From Treponema sp. (lineage in GTDB: Bacteria > Spirochaetota > Spirochaetia > Treponematales > Breznakiellaceae), in contig JAIRNA010000097.1 of the NCBI GenBank assembly GCA_031258305.1, positions 1 to 63,226 on the forward strand: DNA of 63,226 bases, given 5' to 3'. Under the pieces are notes generated by a model. It was not told where the DNA came from. It searched no databases and was given only the letters and a program-made list of their open reading frames with translations. The translations under genes and the position numbers were made by a program. Positions 18,339-25,889 of the stretch are shown here, in pieces; the stretch's first letter is position 1; each line of letters starts with the position of its first letter.

Positions 18339-19213
18339 GTCCCCATTTCCGCGGCATCTACAACATTCCGCAAAAGCATGGCGATAGTCATTGGACCGAC
18401 CCCGCCCGGTACGGGTGTTATGAAAGATGCTTTTTTTGCTGTACTGTCAAAATCCACATCTCCACACAGACGGTAGCCTTTTTTCGCTGTGGGGACAGAC
18501 ACTCGGTTCACACCCACGTCAATTACTACCGCGCCGTTCTTCACCATATCGCCTGTGATGAGTGCGGGCTTGCCGGCCGCGGCGATAAGAATGTCGGCTT
18601 GTAGCGTCATTTCCGACAAGTTTCTGGTACCAGTGTGGCAAATGGTAATTGTGGCATTCACTGATTTCTGAGAAAGGAGAATTCCCAGAGGCCTGCCAAC
18701 GATGTTGGAACGTCCCACGATAACTGCATGAGCGCCGCTCAATGAAAACGCTAATTTACGCTCAATTTCTTTCAACATATACACGATGCCATTAGGCGTA
18801 CAGGGGAGAAAGCCTTTTTTGCCCAGAACCATGTTACCAACTGAAATCGGGTGGAAGCCGTCAACATCTTTTTTAGGCGCAATAGCGTCTATTACCACAC
18901 TTTCACGAATGTGCCGCGGCAGGGGAAGTTGCACTAGTATGCCATGAACGCCTTTATCAGCATTGAGGCGTGCTATGAGAGAGAGAATTACCTCTTCTGT
19001 TGTGTTAGCGGTCAAGCGAATGTCTCTACTGTCTATACCGACTTCAGCGAGAGCTTTTTCCTTACCTGTCACATAGGAAAGGCTTGATGGGTCCTCGCCG
19101 ACTAAAACCACAGCCAGACATGGCGTTACACCTTTTTTTTTCAACGCTGCCGTCCGCTGTTGAGTATCTTCACGCACCTTTTGCGCCATTGTTTTACCGT
19201 CAATGATCGTCAT
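18335..19213 (-). CDS. folD: Bifunctional methylenetetrahydrofolate dehydrogenase/cyclohydrolase
   Basis: MTIIDGKTMAQKVRED...CLAVVLVGEDPSSLSYV and VIVGRSNIVGRPL motifs. Confidence 0.93.
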   Translation of the reverse strand: MTIIDGKTMAQKVREDTQQRTAALKKKGVTPCLAVVLVGEDPSSLSYVTGKEKALAEVGIDSRDIRLTANTTEEVILSLIARLNADKGVHGILVQLPLPRHIRESVVIDAIAPKKDVDGFHPISVGNMVLGKKGFLPCTPNGIVYMLKEIERKLAFSLSGAHAVIVGRSNIVGRPLGILLSQKSVNATITICHTGTRNLSEMTLQADILIAAAGKPALITGDMVKNGAVVIDVGVNRVSVPTAKKGYRLCGDVDFDSTAKKASFITPVPGGVGPMTIAMLLRNVVDAAEMGT

Positions 19214-19323
19214 AGATTTATAATAGCATAAACACGTGGTTTATTAAAGGTTGATTTAAATATCACTGGAGGGCATTATTTAAAATAAAAATTCGCTAGA
19301 ATATAATAGACAAAAAAGAATCG

Positions 19324-19491
19324 CTATCCCGCAAAAGAATTCGTGAAATAGCGAACGAGAAAAAGTGAAACCCACATACTGAAAAAAACGATAACCCACC
19401 GAATCTTTTTAAGCGGTAAAGGCACTGCAACTGGACGGCGGAGCAAAGAAGAAAAGCGACTTATAACAGCCGCTTTAACTCTTTCATACAT
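19324..19491 (-). CDS. Possible 55-aa single-pass membrane protein, below the track length cut-off
   Basis: Hand translation: MYERVKAAVISRFSSLLRRPVAVPLPLKKIRWVIVFFSMWVSLFLVRYFTNSFAG. It lies between ctc and folD on their strand. Confidence 0.25.
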   Translation of the reverse strand: MYERVKAAVISRFSSLLRRPVAVPLPLKKIRWVIVFFSMWVSLFLVRYFTNSFAG

Positions 19492-19572
19492 ATATTACCA
19501 TTTCCGTGAAATACCTTTTATTTTAAGAAACCAAACGGTTCAAAAAACGACGCCTCTACTACAAGTGTAAGC

Positions 19573-20193
19573 CTACTTTTTTTCGGACGCTTCCGCACTT
19601 GCGGCTTCCACTGTTTCATCGGACGCTGTTGAAGCGCCTTCTTCCTTGGCGAATTTCACCAGAGCCACGACTTGGTCACCCGAAGACACGAGCCGCACAT
19701 TTTCTCCCAAGGGGATATCCCTAACGTGTATAGATTGATTGACCCGCAAAGGGGAAATATCAACCGTGATGCGCTCCGGCATATCCTTGGGCAAACATTC
19801 AACTTCAATTTCATGGAAAGGCAATTCCAGAATACCACCTTCACGCACCCCAACCGGGTTGCCGTGAACGTGAATATGCACCTTTGCCCTCAATAAAACA
19901 CCTTTTTCCACCTCGTAAAAGTCCACGTGCAGAATGCACCCATCGGTGATAGTACGCTGGGTGTCTTTCACAAAAGCATCATACGATTTACCGTCAACTT
20001 CCACCTGAACTATAGAAGTCGCAGAAATATTTTTTGCGCTTGTAGAAAACTGTTGCGCGTCAATGTCTATAGATAGGGACTGACCACTCCGTCCATAAAT
20101 GACGGCAGGAATACGCCCGGCTCTTCTGAGCCGCCGCGCATCGGCAGATCCATTGCCCATCCGCTTCCTTGCCGTTAATATAACATTTGCCAT
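19573..20193 (-). CDS. rplY: 50S ribosomal protein L25 / general stress protein Ctc
   Basis: RKRMGNGSADARRLRRAGRIPAVIYG N-terminus. Long Ctc-type form, 206 aa. Confidence 0.9.
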   Translation of the reverse strand: MANVILTARKRMGNGSADARRLRRAGRIPAVIYGRSGQSLSIDIDAQQFSTSAKNISATSIVQVEVDGKSYDAFVKDTQRTITDGCILHVDFYEVEKGVLLRAKVHIHVHGNPVGVREGGILELPFHEIEVECLPKDMPERITVDISPLRVNQSIHVRDIPLGENVRLVSSGDQVVALVKFAKEEGASTASDETVEAASAEASEKK

Positions 20194-20286
20194 AAAAACT
20201 CCTAATTTATTAATGAAAAGTTGTCATTATAGAAAGCTTAACGATGAATTTTTATACCCACTCGTATTCGCTATTCTCTGTTACTA

Positions 20287-20358
20287 CTGGGACGACAGGA
20301 TTCGAACCTGTGCATACCGGAGCCAAAACCCGGTGGCTTACCACTTGCCTACGTCCCA
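20287..20358 (-). tRNA. tRNA-Gln (anticodon TTG)
   Basis: Reverse complement TGGGACG-TA-GGCAAGTGGTAAGCC-A-CCGGG-TTTTGGC-TCCGG-TATGC-ACAGG-TTCGAAT-CCTGT-CGTCCCA-G folds as a cloverleaf. CCA is not encoded. Confidence 0.9.
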
Positions 20359-20406
20359 TTATAATCAGTATATGAAGAAATTGCCACATACCAATTATAT
20401 TTGTAA

Positions 20407-20685
20407 TTAAATTTCAACTGAGGGATCGTCCACATCGCCGGAGTCATATTTATCCAATATTTCTTTTTGCAACTCGGCTCGGAATTCGGGATTTATGGGA
20501 TGTGCGACATCCTTGTATTCCCCGGAACTAGTTTTCCTGCTAGGCATTGCAACAAATGCGCCGCTCTTACCCTCTATGATTTTTACGTTGTGAACCACAA
20601 AGCAATCATCAAAGGTGACGGTAACATAGGCTTTGAGTTTTCCTTCTCCTGCTATTTTGCGGATCCTTATATCTGTCGTTTTCAT
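20407..20685 (-). CDS. spoVG: Septation/regulatory protein SpoVG
   Basis: MKTTDIRIRKIAGEGKLKAYVTVTFDDCFVVHNVKIIEGKSGAFVAMPSRK. ATG 20685 is preceded by GAGGAG. Confidence 0.92.
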   Translation of the reverse strand: MKTTDIRIRKIAGEGKLKAYVTVTFDDCFVVHNVKIIEGKSGAFVAMPSRKTSSGEYKDVAHPINPEFRAELQKEILDKYDSGDVDDPSVEI

Positions 20686-20734
20686 GACGCTCTCCTCTAT
20701 ACTAAAACTATTTTTAACTATATCATAACTATTT

Positions 20735-21637
20735 TTAAATTGCAAGGGGTAAAATGAACGTGTTCACAATTTTTGCGTTTTTTTCTAAATTCTTAATTGT
20801 TTTTTCTACACTATCCCATTTCGCAAAATTTTCCATATCCGACCGCTTCTCCCATATCCCGAAACAGCACGACCCCGACCCGGATAGCCCATAAAAGTCA
20901 GCGGCTTCCAAAAGAGTCAACATCGTGCGATACGCATCTGTATACTCACCATCCAATAGAACAGGCAAAAAGTCATTGACAAAACGCCATTCCAAAAGTG
21001 GTTTTTCAAACATTTTGACCAGTTCTTTTTCTCCTTCAAGCACAGGCTGAGTTTTGGTTCCCACGGATTCCCTCCTCGCATCAAGACGGCGGAACGCTTC
21101 TCTGGTCCCGCTCCCAAAGCCCGGATAGATGACGGACGCGAATAGCTCCCGTCGTGGGTGGATGGGACTAATCCGTTCGCCTCTTCCCGAAACAAACGCA
21201 GGCGTTCCTCTCAAGAAAAAAGGCACGTCGCTTCCTAATATGGCGGCAATATCCGTCAGCACTGTCAACGGCAGCCCTACCCCAGTTATTACATTCAGCA
21301 TCCGCAATACAGCCGCCGTATCCGAAGAGCCGCCACCCAGTCCCGCTCCTATAGGAATCCGTTTCTCCACATGGATGCGAATACCCTCGTCCCATCCTGT
21401 CTGCTCGCGAAAAAGTTTCACGGCTTTGAATACCAGATTCTCCTCAATCGGAATTAGCTCGTAGGAACCATTCCAGTCAACGGTTACATCAATACCTTTG
21501 CCAGCCAATTCAAAAGTCAATTCGTCTCCAAAGGCGATAGGGAGAAATACGCTCTCTATGTCATGAAAACCATCTGGTCTTTTATCTTTCACATGGAGGT
21601 GCAGATTAAGTTTACCATACGCCGTAGTCCTTATCAT
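20735..21637 (-). CDS. ispE: 4-diphosphocytidyl-2-C-methyl-D-erythritol kinase
   Basis: AYGKLNLHLHV..RPDGFHDIESVF and the GHMP kinase loop PIGAGLGGGSSDTAA. Confidence 0.9.
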   Translation of the reverse strand: MIRTTAYGKLNLHLHVKDKRPDGFHDIESVFLPIAFGDELTFELAGKGIDVTVDWNGSYELIPIEENLVFKAVKLFREQTGWDEGIRIHVEKRIPIGAGLGGGSSDTAAVLRMLNVITGVGLPLTVLTDIAAILGSDVPFFLRGTPAFVSGRGERISPIHPRRELFASVIYPGFGSGTREAFRRLDARRESVGTKTQPVLEGEKELVKMFEKPLLEWRFVNDFLPVLLDGEYTDAYRTMLTLLEAADFYGLSGSGSCCFGIWEKRSDMENFAKWDSVEKTIKNLEKNAKIVNTFILPLAI

Positions 21638-21873
21638 AATTTCGGAGTATAATAATAGGAAGAAAGAAAGTCAAGTCGGAAACAAAATGAATTGCTTAAA
21701 ATGACATCCATGCAAATTGCTAAGACGGAAAGATCCCAACATGGATGGTGACTCACCTTAGAATGAAACATAACTAAAATCTGGTATTCACCTTTTAGTT
21801 TTGTTATAAAATAGAGACGGATCTCCTGCTTGTAAACTTTATTTAAAAGTCCTTAAATTTTATGTCAAGCCTC

Positions 21874-21902
21874 TTGACAAAATTATTTTTTTGTTATAAA
21901 AT
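21874..21902 (+). promoter_or_regulatory. Sigma-70-type promoter ahead of tRNA-Thr/rpmG
   Basis: TTGACA (21874-21879), 17-nt spacer, TAAAAT (21897-21902), 12 nt before the tRNA 5' end. Confidence 0.6.
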
Positions 21903-21914
21903 ATAATTTCTCTT

Positions 21915-21987
21915 GCCCTTGTAGCTCAGTCGGCAGAGCATATCCATGGTAAGGATAAGGTCAACGGTTCGATTCCGTTCGAGGGCT
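21915..21987 (+). tRNA. tRNA-Thr (anticodon GGT)
   Basis: GCCCTTG-TA-GCTCAGTCGGCAGAGC-A-TATCC-ATGGTAA-GGATA-AGGTC-AACGG-TTCGATT-CCGTT-CGAGGGC-T. Confidence 0.9.
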
Positions 21988-22004
21988 TGTCCAGGAGGTG
22001 AATA

Positions 22005-22178
22005 ATGGCAACAAAAAAAACGGCGGTGGAACTCATCGCGCTTCAGTGTACGGAGTGTAAACGGAAAAATTATACCACGAAGAAGAATCGTAGGAACAAT
22101 CAGGAAAAATTTGAATTTAAGAAGTATTGTCCGTTTGACCGCAAGCATACCATCCATAAAGAAACAAAAATCAAGTGA
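22005..22178 (+). CDS. rpmG: 50S ribosomal protein L33 (57 aa, absent from the ORF track)
   Basis: Hand translation: [63 protein letters not shown] lies 6 nt upstream. Confidence 0.9.
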   Translation: MATKKTAVELIALQCTECKRKNYTTKKNRRNNQEKFEFKKYCPFDRKHTIHKETKIK

Positions 22179-22247
22179 GACGGATTTCGACACCATGCCG
22201 TTATGCTTTTGCCGAAATTCTTGTGCCTTTGTCAGAGTAAGCCATTT

Positions 22248-22320
22248 AGGCCAGTAGCTCTAATGGTAGAGCGTCGGTCTCCAAAACCGAATGTTGTGGG
22301 TTCGAGTCCTACCTGGCCTG
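22248..22320 (+). tRNA. tRNA-Trp (anticodon CCA)
   Basis: AGGCCAG-TA-GCTCTAATGGTAGAGC-G-TCGGT-CTCCAAA-ACCGA-ATGTT-GTGGG-TTCGAGT-CCTAC-CTGGCCT-G. Confidence 0.9.
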
Positions 22321-22359
22321 TGTTTTATCGTGATATGTGAATAAATTATAGGAATAATT

Positions 22360-22563
22360 ATGGATACCGTAAAAAAGAAGAAAGAAAATAAAATCGTCTC
22401 GTTTGCGAAAGAGTCTTATGCTGAACTCAAGAAGGTTGTGTGGCCAAGCCGCGAGGATGCCATAAGTTCCGTTAAGGTTGTGATAGTTTCTACTATTGTT
22501 ATAGCAATGGTTCTGGGACTCATTGACGTTTTGCTCCTCCTCGGTGTGCAGGCGATTTTCTGA
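22360..22563 (+). CDS. secE: Preprotein translocase subunit SecE
   Basis: 67 aa. ELKKVVWPSREDAISS followed by a single TM helix. Lies directly upstream of nusG. Confidence 0.9.
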   Translation: MDTVKKKKENKIVSFAKESYAELKKVVWPSREDAISSVKVVIVSTIVIAMVLGLIDVLLLLGVQAIF

Positions 22564-22653
22564 TGTTGGTCGTTCCGGAAATTTTATTTCATCGGGACGC
22601 GATGCCGTTTGCAGTGTATAGTGTAAACGCTTCGTATTTTTAATAGGAAAGAT

Positions 22654-23211
22654 ATGGCTACAGGCTGGTATGTTCTCCATGTTTACTCGGGTTTTGAGAA
22701 TAAAATAGAAAAGACTATTCACCTTATGCGTTCCACAGGTGAGCTTGATGCGAATGTTGTGAAAGACATTAAGGTGCCGAATATGTCTATCGTGGAGATA
22801 AAGAACGGGAAAAAACGTACGCAAACACGAAAGTTTTTGCCCGGTTATATTCTCGTTGAAATGGACCTTTCGGACGATGGATGGAAAGCGCCTTGTTCGA
22901 AAATTAGGCAGATAAATGGCGTGACCGCTTTCGTGGGAACTCCTCCAAATAAGAAACCCCAGCCTTTGTCCGCTGACGAGGCGCGGGCTATTCTCCAAAA
23001 AACAGGTGAAATCAAAGGTGAAAAACCGTCGCGTCCCTCGCGGTCATTCAATCCACATGAACAAGTAAAAATCATTGACGGACCATTTGAGTCCTTCATT
23101 GGCGTCATCGAGGAAGTCAACCCGGAAAAGAACAAGCTCAAAGTTATGATCGGCATTTTTGGTAGAAAAACACCTGTCGAGGTGGATTTTTCACAGGTAG
23201 AAAAGGTATAG
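22654..23211 (+). CDS. nusG: Transcription termination/antitermination factor NusG
   Basis: [21 protein letters not shown] domain and a C-terminal KOW ([18 protein letters not shown]). Confidence 0.95.
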   Translation: MATGWYVLHVYSGFENKIEKTIHLMRSTGELDANVVKDIKVPNMSIVEIKNGKKRTQTRKFLPGYILVEMDLSDDGWKAPCSKIRQINGVTAFVGTPPNKKPQPLSADEARAILQKTGEIKGEKPSRPSRSFNPHEQVKIIDGPFESFIGVIEEVNPEKNKLKVMIGIFGRKTPVEVDFSQVEKV

Positions 23212-23305
23212 TGGAGAGTTGGGGAGTAGGTTTTTGTTAGTAAACGAAGTTTGTTGATTTCAAGCAACGTTCAATAATGATGGACTCACTCTTATCCCAA
23301 TTCCC
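23212..23305 (+). repeat. Intergenic hairpin element (instance C, nusG|rplK)
   Basis: Purine arm TGGAGAGTTGGGGAGTAGG 23212-23230 and pyrimidine arm CTCACTCTTATCCCAATTCCC 23285-23305. The core is ~80% identical to instance E, including CAAGCAACGTTCA 23261-23273. Confidence 0.5.
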
Positions 23306-23349
23306 ACGCTCAAAATAGAGATGTAGGAGAAGTTTAACAAACTTTGCTC

Positions 23350-23385
23350 GTCTGGGCGGTAAGCTGAAAGGGCGGACCGCCAGAC
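23350..23385 (+). promoter_or_regulatory. Stem-loop in the rplK leader (candidate L1 autoregulatory site)
   Basis: GTCTGG(G)CGG 23350-23359 pairs with CCGCCAGAC 23377-23385, 20 nt upstream of the rplK ATG. The function is inferred only from its position. Confidence 0.3.
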
Positions 23386-23405
23386 ACCACTACAAAGGAG
23401 AAAAC

Positions 23406-23837
23406 ATGGCAAAGAAGAAAGTCGTTGCACAAGTCAAACTGCAATGTCCGGCGGGCAAGGCAACGCCTGCGCCGCCGGTTGGTCCGGCGCTTGGTCCTCA
23501 CGGAGTGAGCGCCCCTCAGTTTGTCCAGCAGTTCAACGACCGGACAAAGACGATGGAGCCGGGGCTGATTATCCCTGTGGTTATCACCATCTATGCGGAC
23601 AAGTCGTTCACCTTCATTCTGAAGACACCGCCCGCGTCTGTCTTAATCAAGAAGGCGGTGGGTATCGAACACGGTTCCAAGGAGCCGCACAAGGTCAAGG
23701 TGGGTAAACTTCTTAATGCAAAGCTTGAGGAGATTGCTAAATTGAAACTTCCGGACCTGACGGCAAATGACCTTGACGCGGCGATGAAAATCATTGCCGG
23801 CACAGCCCGCTCAATGGGCGTGGAGGTGGAGAAATGA
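23406..23837 (+). CDS. rplK: 50S ribosomal protein L11
   Basis: [34 protein letters not shown]. Confidence 0.97.
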   Translation: MAKKKVVAQVKLQCPAGKATPAPPVGPALGPHGVSAPQFVQQFNDRTKTMEPGLIIPVVITIYADKSFTFILKTPPASVLIKKAVGIEHGSKEPHKVKVGKLLNAKLEEIAKLKLPDLTANDLDAAMKIIAGTARSMGVEVEK

Positions 23838-24511
23838 AGCATGGTAAAAAATACCGCGAGGCTGTCAAAAAATACGACAACGCGGCAATATTCGACCTTT
23901 TACCCGCCTTCGACTTGGTAAAATCTTTAGCTTACGCGAAATTCGATGAAACCATTGATATTTCCATCAAGTTGAACCTCAAGAAAAGCCAGTCTGTGCG
24001 CGATACGGTGGTTTTGCCCAATCAGTTTAAGGCTGAAAAGCGCGTTTTGGTGTTTTGTAAGCCGGAAAGGGAAGCTGAAGCAAAAGAGGCGGGCGCAACT
24101 TTTATCGGCTCGGACGACCTCATCGCCAAGGTGAAAGATGGATGGCTTGACTTCGATGTGGCGGTCGCTACGCCGGATATGATGAAAGACGTGGGTAAAC
24201 TCGGCATGGTGCTGGGCCGTCGTGGGCTTATGCCTAACCCGAAGACCGGTACGGTCACCTTTGACCTTAAGGGCGCTTTGTCCGAACTCCGTAAAGGACG
24301 CACGGAATTCCGTGCCGATAAAACTGGCGTGGTGCATCTGGCAGTTGGTAAATTATCTATGGACAGCGCAAAACTCGCGGAAAATGCAAGAACCGTTGTA
24401 ACGGAAGTCAAACGCAAGAAGCCGACCGATGCAAAAGGCGATTTTGTCATCAGCATTTCGGTGGCATCTACTATGGGGCCGGGCGTCTGGGTCGCAGTGA
24501 AAGACGAATAG
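23834..24511 (+). CDS. rplA: 50S ribosomal protein L1
   Basis: [15 protein letters not shown]... with a 4-nt overlap with rplK. Confidence 0.97.
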   Translation: MKHGKKYREAVKKYDNAAIFDLLPAFDLVKSLAYAKFDETIDISIKLNLKKSQSVRDTVVLPNQFKAEKRVLVFCKPEREAEAKEAGATFIGSDDLIAKVKDGWLDFDVAVATPDMMKDVGKLGMVLGRRGLMPNPKTGTVTFDLKGALSELRKGRTEFRADKTGVVHLAVGKLSMDSAKLAENARTVVTEVKRKKPTDAKGDFVISISVASTMGPGVWVAVKDE

Positions 24512-24590
24512 GAGTTGGGTTGGTTTTGTTACAGAATATTTTGCTTAAAATCGGTGAGCTTCGACGGTTAATGAAACCTGTTCCCTATTC
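24506..24590 (+). repeat. Intergenic hairpin element (instance D, rplA|rplJ)
   Basis: GAATAGG 24506-24512 (includes the rplA stop) pairs with CCTATTC 24584-24590. The flanking AGTTGGG / CCTGTTCC pairing is imperfect with wobbles. Confidence 0.4.
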
Positions 24591-24611
24591 TTTCTATATA
24601 GAGGAGAAACA

Positions 24612-25151
24612 ATGGCAATTTTAGCGAAAAGAGAGCAAGAATACAAGGTTAAGGCAATAAACGAGTTAAAAGAGGCGTTTGAGTCCGCGCCTGACTTCAT
24701 CTTTACTGATTACCGTGGATTGACTGTGGAGCAAATTACGAATTTACGGCGGCAGTTACGGACAAAAGGCGCGGAATTTAAGGTTGTAAAGAACAACTTC
24801 GCCCGTATTGCTTTTGAGCGACTTTCTACGACGGATGTGTCGGCTTATTTACTTGGTCCCACGGCTGTGGCTATCGCACCGCGGGATTCAAACGAAGTGG
24901 CAAAGGTGCTGTTTGATTTCACGAAGTCAGCGCCTCGTCTCAAGGTAAAAGGCGGCTTGGTTGGTAAAACGGTTTACACGGACAAGCAAGTCGAGGCGTT
25001 TTCCAAACTCCCCGGCAAGCTACAGCTTGTTTCTATGCTTATGTCCTGTATAAACGGACCCGTCCGTAACCTTGCCGGTGCGTTGAATGACATCAATGCC
25101 CGTTTGGTCCGCACGGTCAAAGCAGTGGCTGATAAAAAAGCGGATGGTTGA
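24612..25151 (+). CDS. rplJ: 50S ribosomal protein L10
   Basis: Position between rplA and rplL. FTDYRGLTVEQITNLRRQLR motif. Confidence 0.95.
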   Translation: MAILAKREQEYKVKAINELKEAFESAPDFIFTDYRGLTVEQITNLRRQLRTKGAEFKVVKNNFARIAFERLSTTDVSAYLLGPTAVAIAPRDSNEVAKVLFDFTKSAPRLKVKGGLVGKTVYTDKQVEAFSKLPGKLQLVSMLMSCINGPVRNLAGALNDINARLVRTVKAVADKKADG

Positions 25152-25157
25152 AAAAAT

Positions 25158-25258
25158 AAGGAGTAGCGAGTAAGGAGTAAGGTTGATGTTAGCAAACAAA
25201 GCTTGTTTTTCAAGCAACGTTCAGCAACAAAAAGTCTATTCCCTATTCCCTATTCCCC
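25158..25258 (+). repeat. Intergenic hairpin element (instance E, rplJ|rplL) with tandem heptamers
   Basis: The 5' arm AAGGAGTAGCGAGTAAGGAGTAAGG 25158-25182 has two AAGGAGTA units. The 3' arm has three tandem CTATTCC units at 25236-25256. The core carries CAAGCAACGTTCA at 25211-25223. Confidence 0.5.
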
Positions 25259-25348
25259 AATAATCCCTTGTCAGACTTCAAGTAACTGTCCTCTGTCAAG
25301 GGAACAAGCCCTCGTATGGGGGAAAATCTTATTTTTAAGGAGAAGATA

Positions 25349-25732
25349 ATGGCAGTTAGTATTGATGAGATTTTGGAGACAATTTCTTCTATGACCGTTC
25401 TGGAAGTTTCGGAACTGGTTAAGAAAATGGAGGAAAAGTTCGGTGTTTCTGCGGCGGCCCCGGTGGCGGTCGCCGCAGTAGCTGGTCCCGCGGTGGCCGC
25501 GGAGCCTGTTGAGGAAAAAACGGAATTCAATGTTATTCTTAAGGCGTTTGAGACGGACAAAAAGATAGCCGTCATCAAAGAGGTCCGTGCCGTTACAGGT
25601 TTGGGGCTGAAAGAAGCCAAAGACTTGGTGGAAGGCGCGCCGAAACCCCTCAAGGAAGGCATATCCAAAGAAGATGCCGAGAAAATCAAGAAATCTGTTA
25701 CCGAAGCCGGTGGAACGGTGGAAATCCAGTAG
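25349..25732 (+). CDS. rplL: 50S ribosomal protein L7/L12
   Basis: [39 protein letters not shown] lies 6 nt before ATG 25349. The track start at 25316 is upstream of the SD. Confidence 0.95.
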   Translation: MAVSIDEILETISSMTVLEVSELVKKMEEKFGVSAAAPVAVAAVAGPAVAAEPVEEKTEFNVILKAFETDKKIAVIKEVRAVTGLGLKEAKDLVEGAPKPLKEGISKEDAEKIKKSVTEAGGTVEIQ

Positions 25733-25839
25733 TTGGGAGTTGGGTTTTAGAGAGTGGAAGCAAGGTTATTTGTTAATAAACAAGGCTTATTTTAAACAAT
25801 GTTTTATAACAAAAAAACAACTCCCAACTCCCTAAAACC
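25732..25839 (+). repeat. Intergenic hairpin element (instance F, rplL|rpoB)
   Basis: GGAGTTGGG (5' arm, ~25735-25743) can pair with CCCAACTCC 25823-25831. GGTTTTAG 25743-25750 can pair with CTAAAACC 25832-25839. The two pairings are not nested, so they are alternatives or a pseudoknot. Confidence 0.45.
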
Positions 25840-25889
25840 TTATTCCCTTTCTTTTAAAAATCACAAACAAACACAGTAGGGAGGGAACC

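Noticed and set aside
17859-18476. 205-aa plus-strand ORF across the folE2/folD junction
   Set aside because: It is antisense to two well-supported genes and has low-complexity His/Arg-rich content.
21894-22998. Minus-strand ORFs 21894-22196 (100 aa) and 22309-22998 (229 aa)
   Set aside because: They overlap two tRNAs, rpmG, secE and nusG, all of which are confidently identified on the plus strand.
25236-25256. Tandem CTATTCC repeats as a CRISPR or VNTR locus
   Set aside because: There are only three 7-nt units with no spacers. They are better explained as the pyrimidine arm of the intergenic hairpin element.
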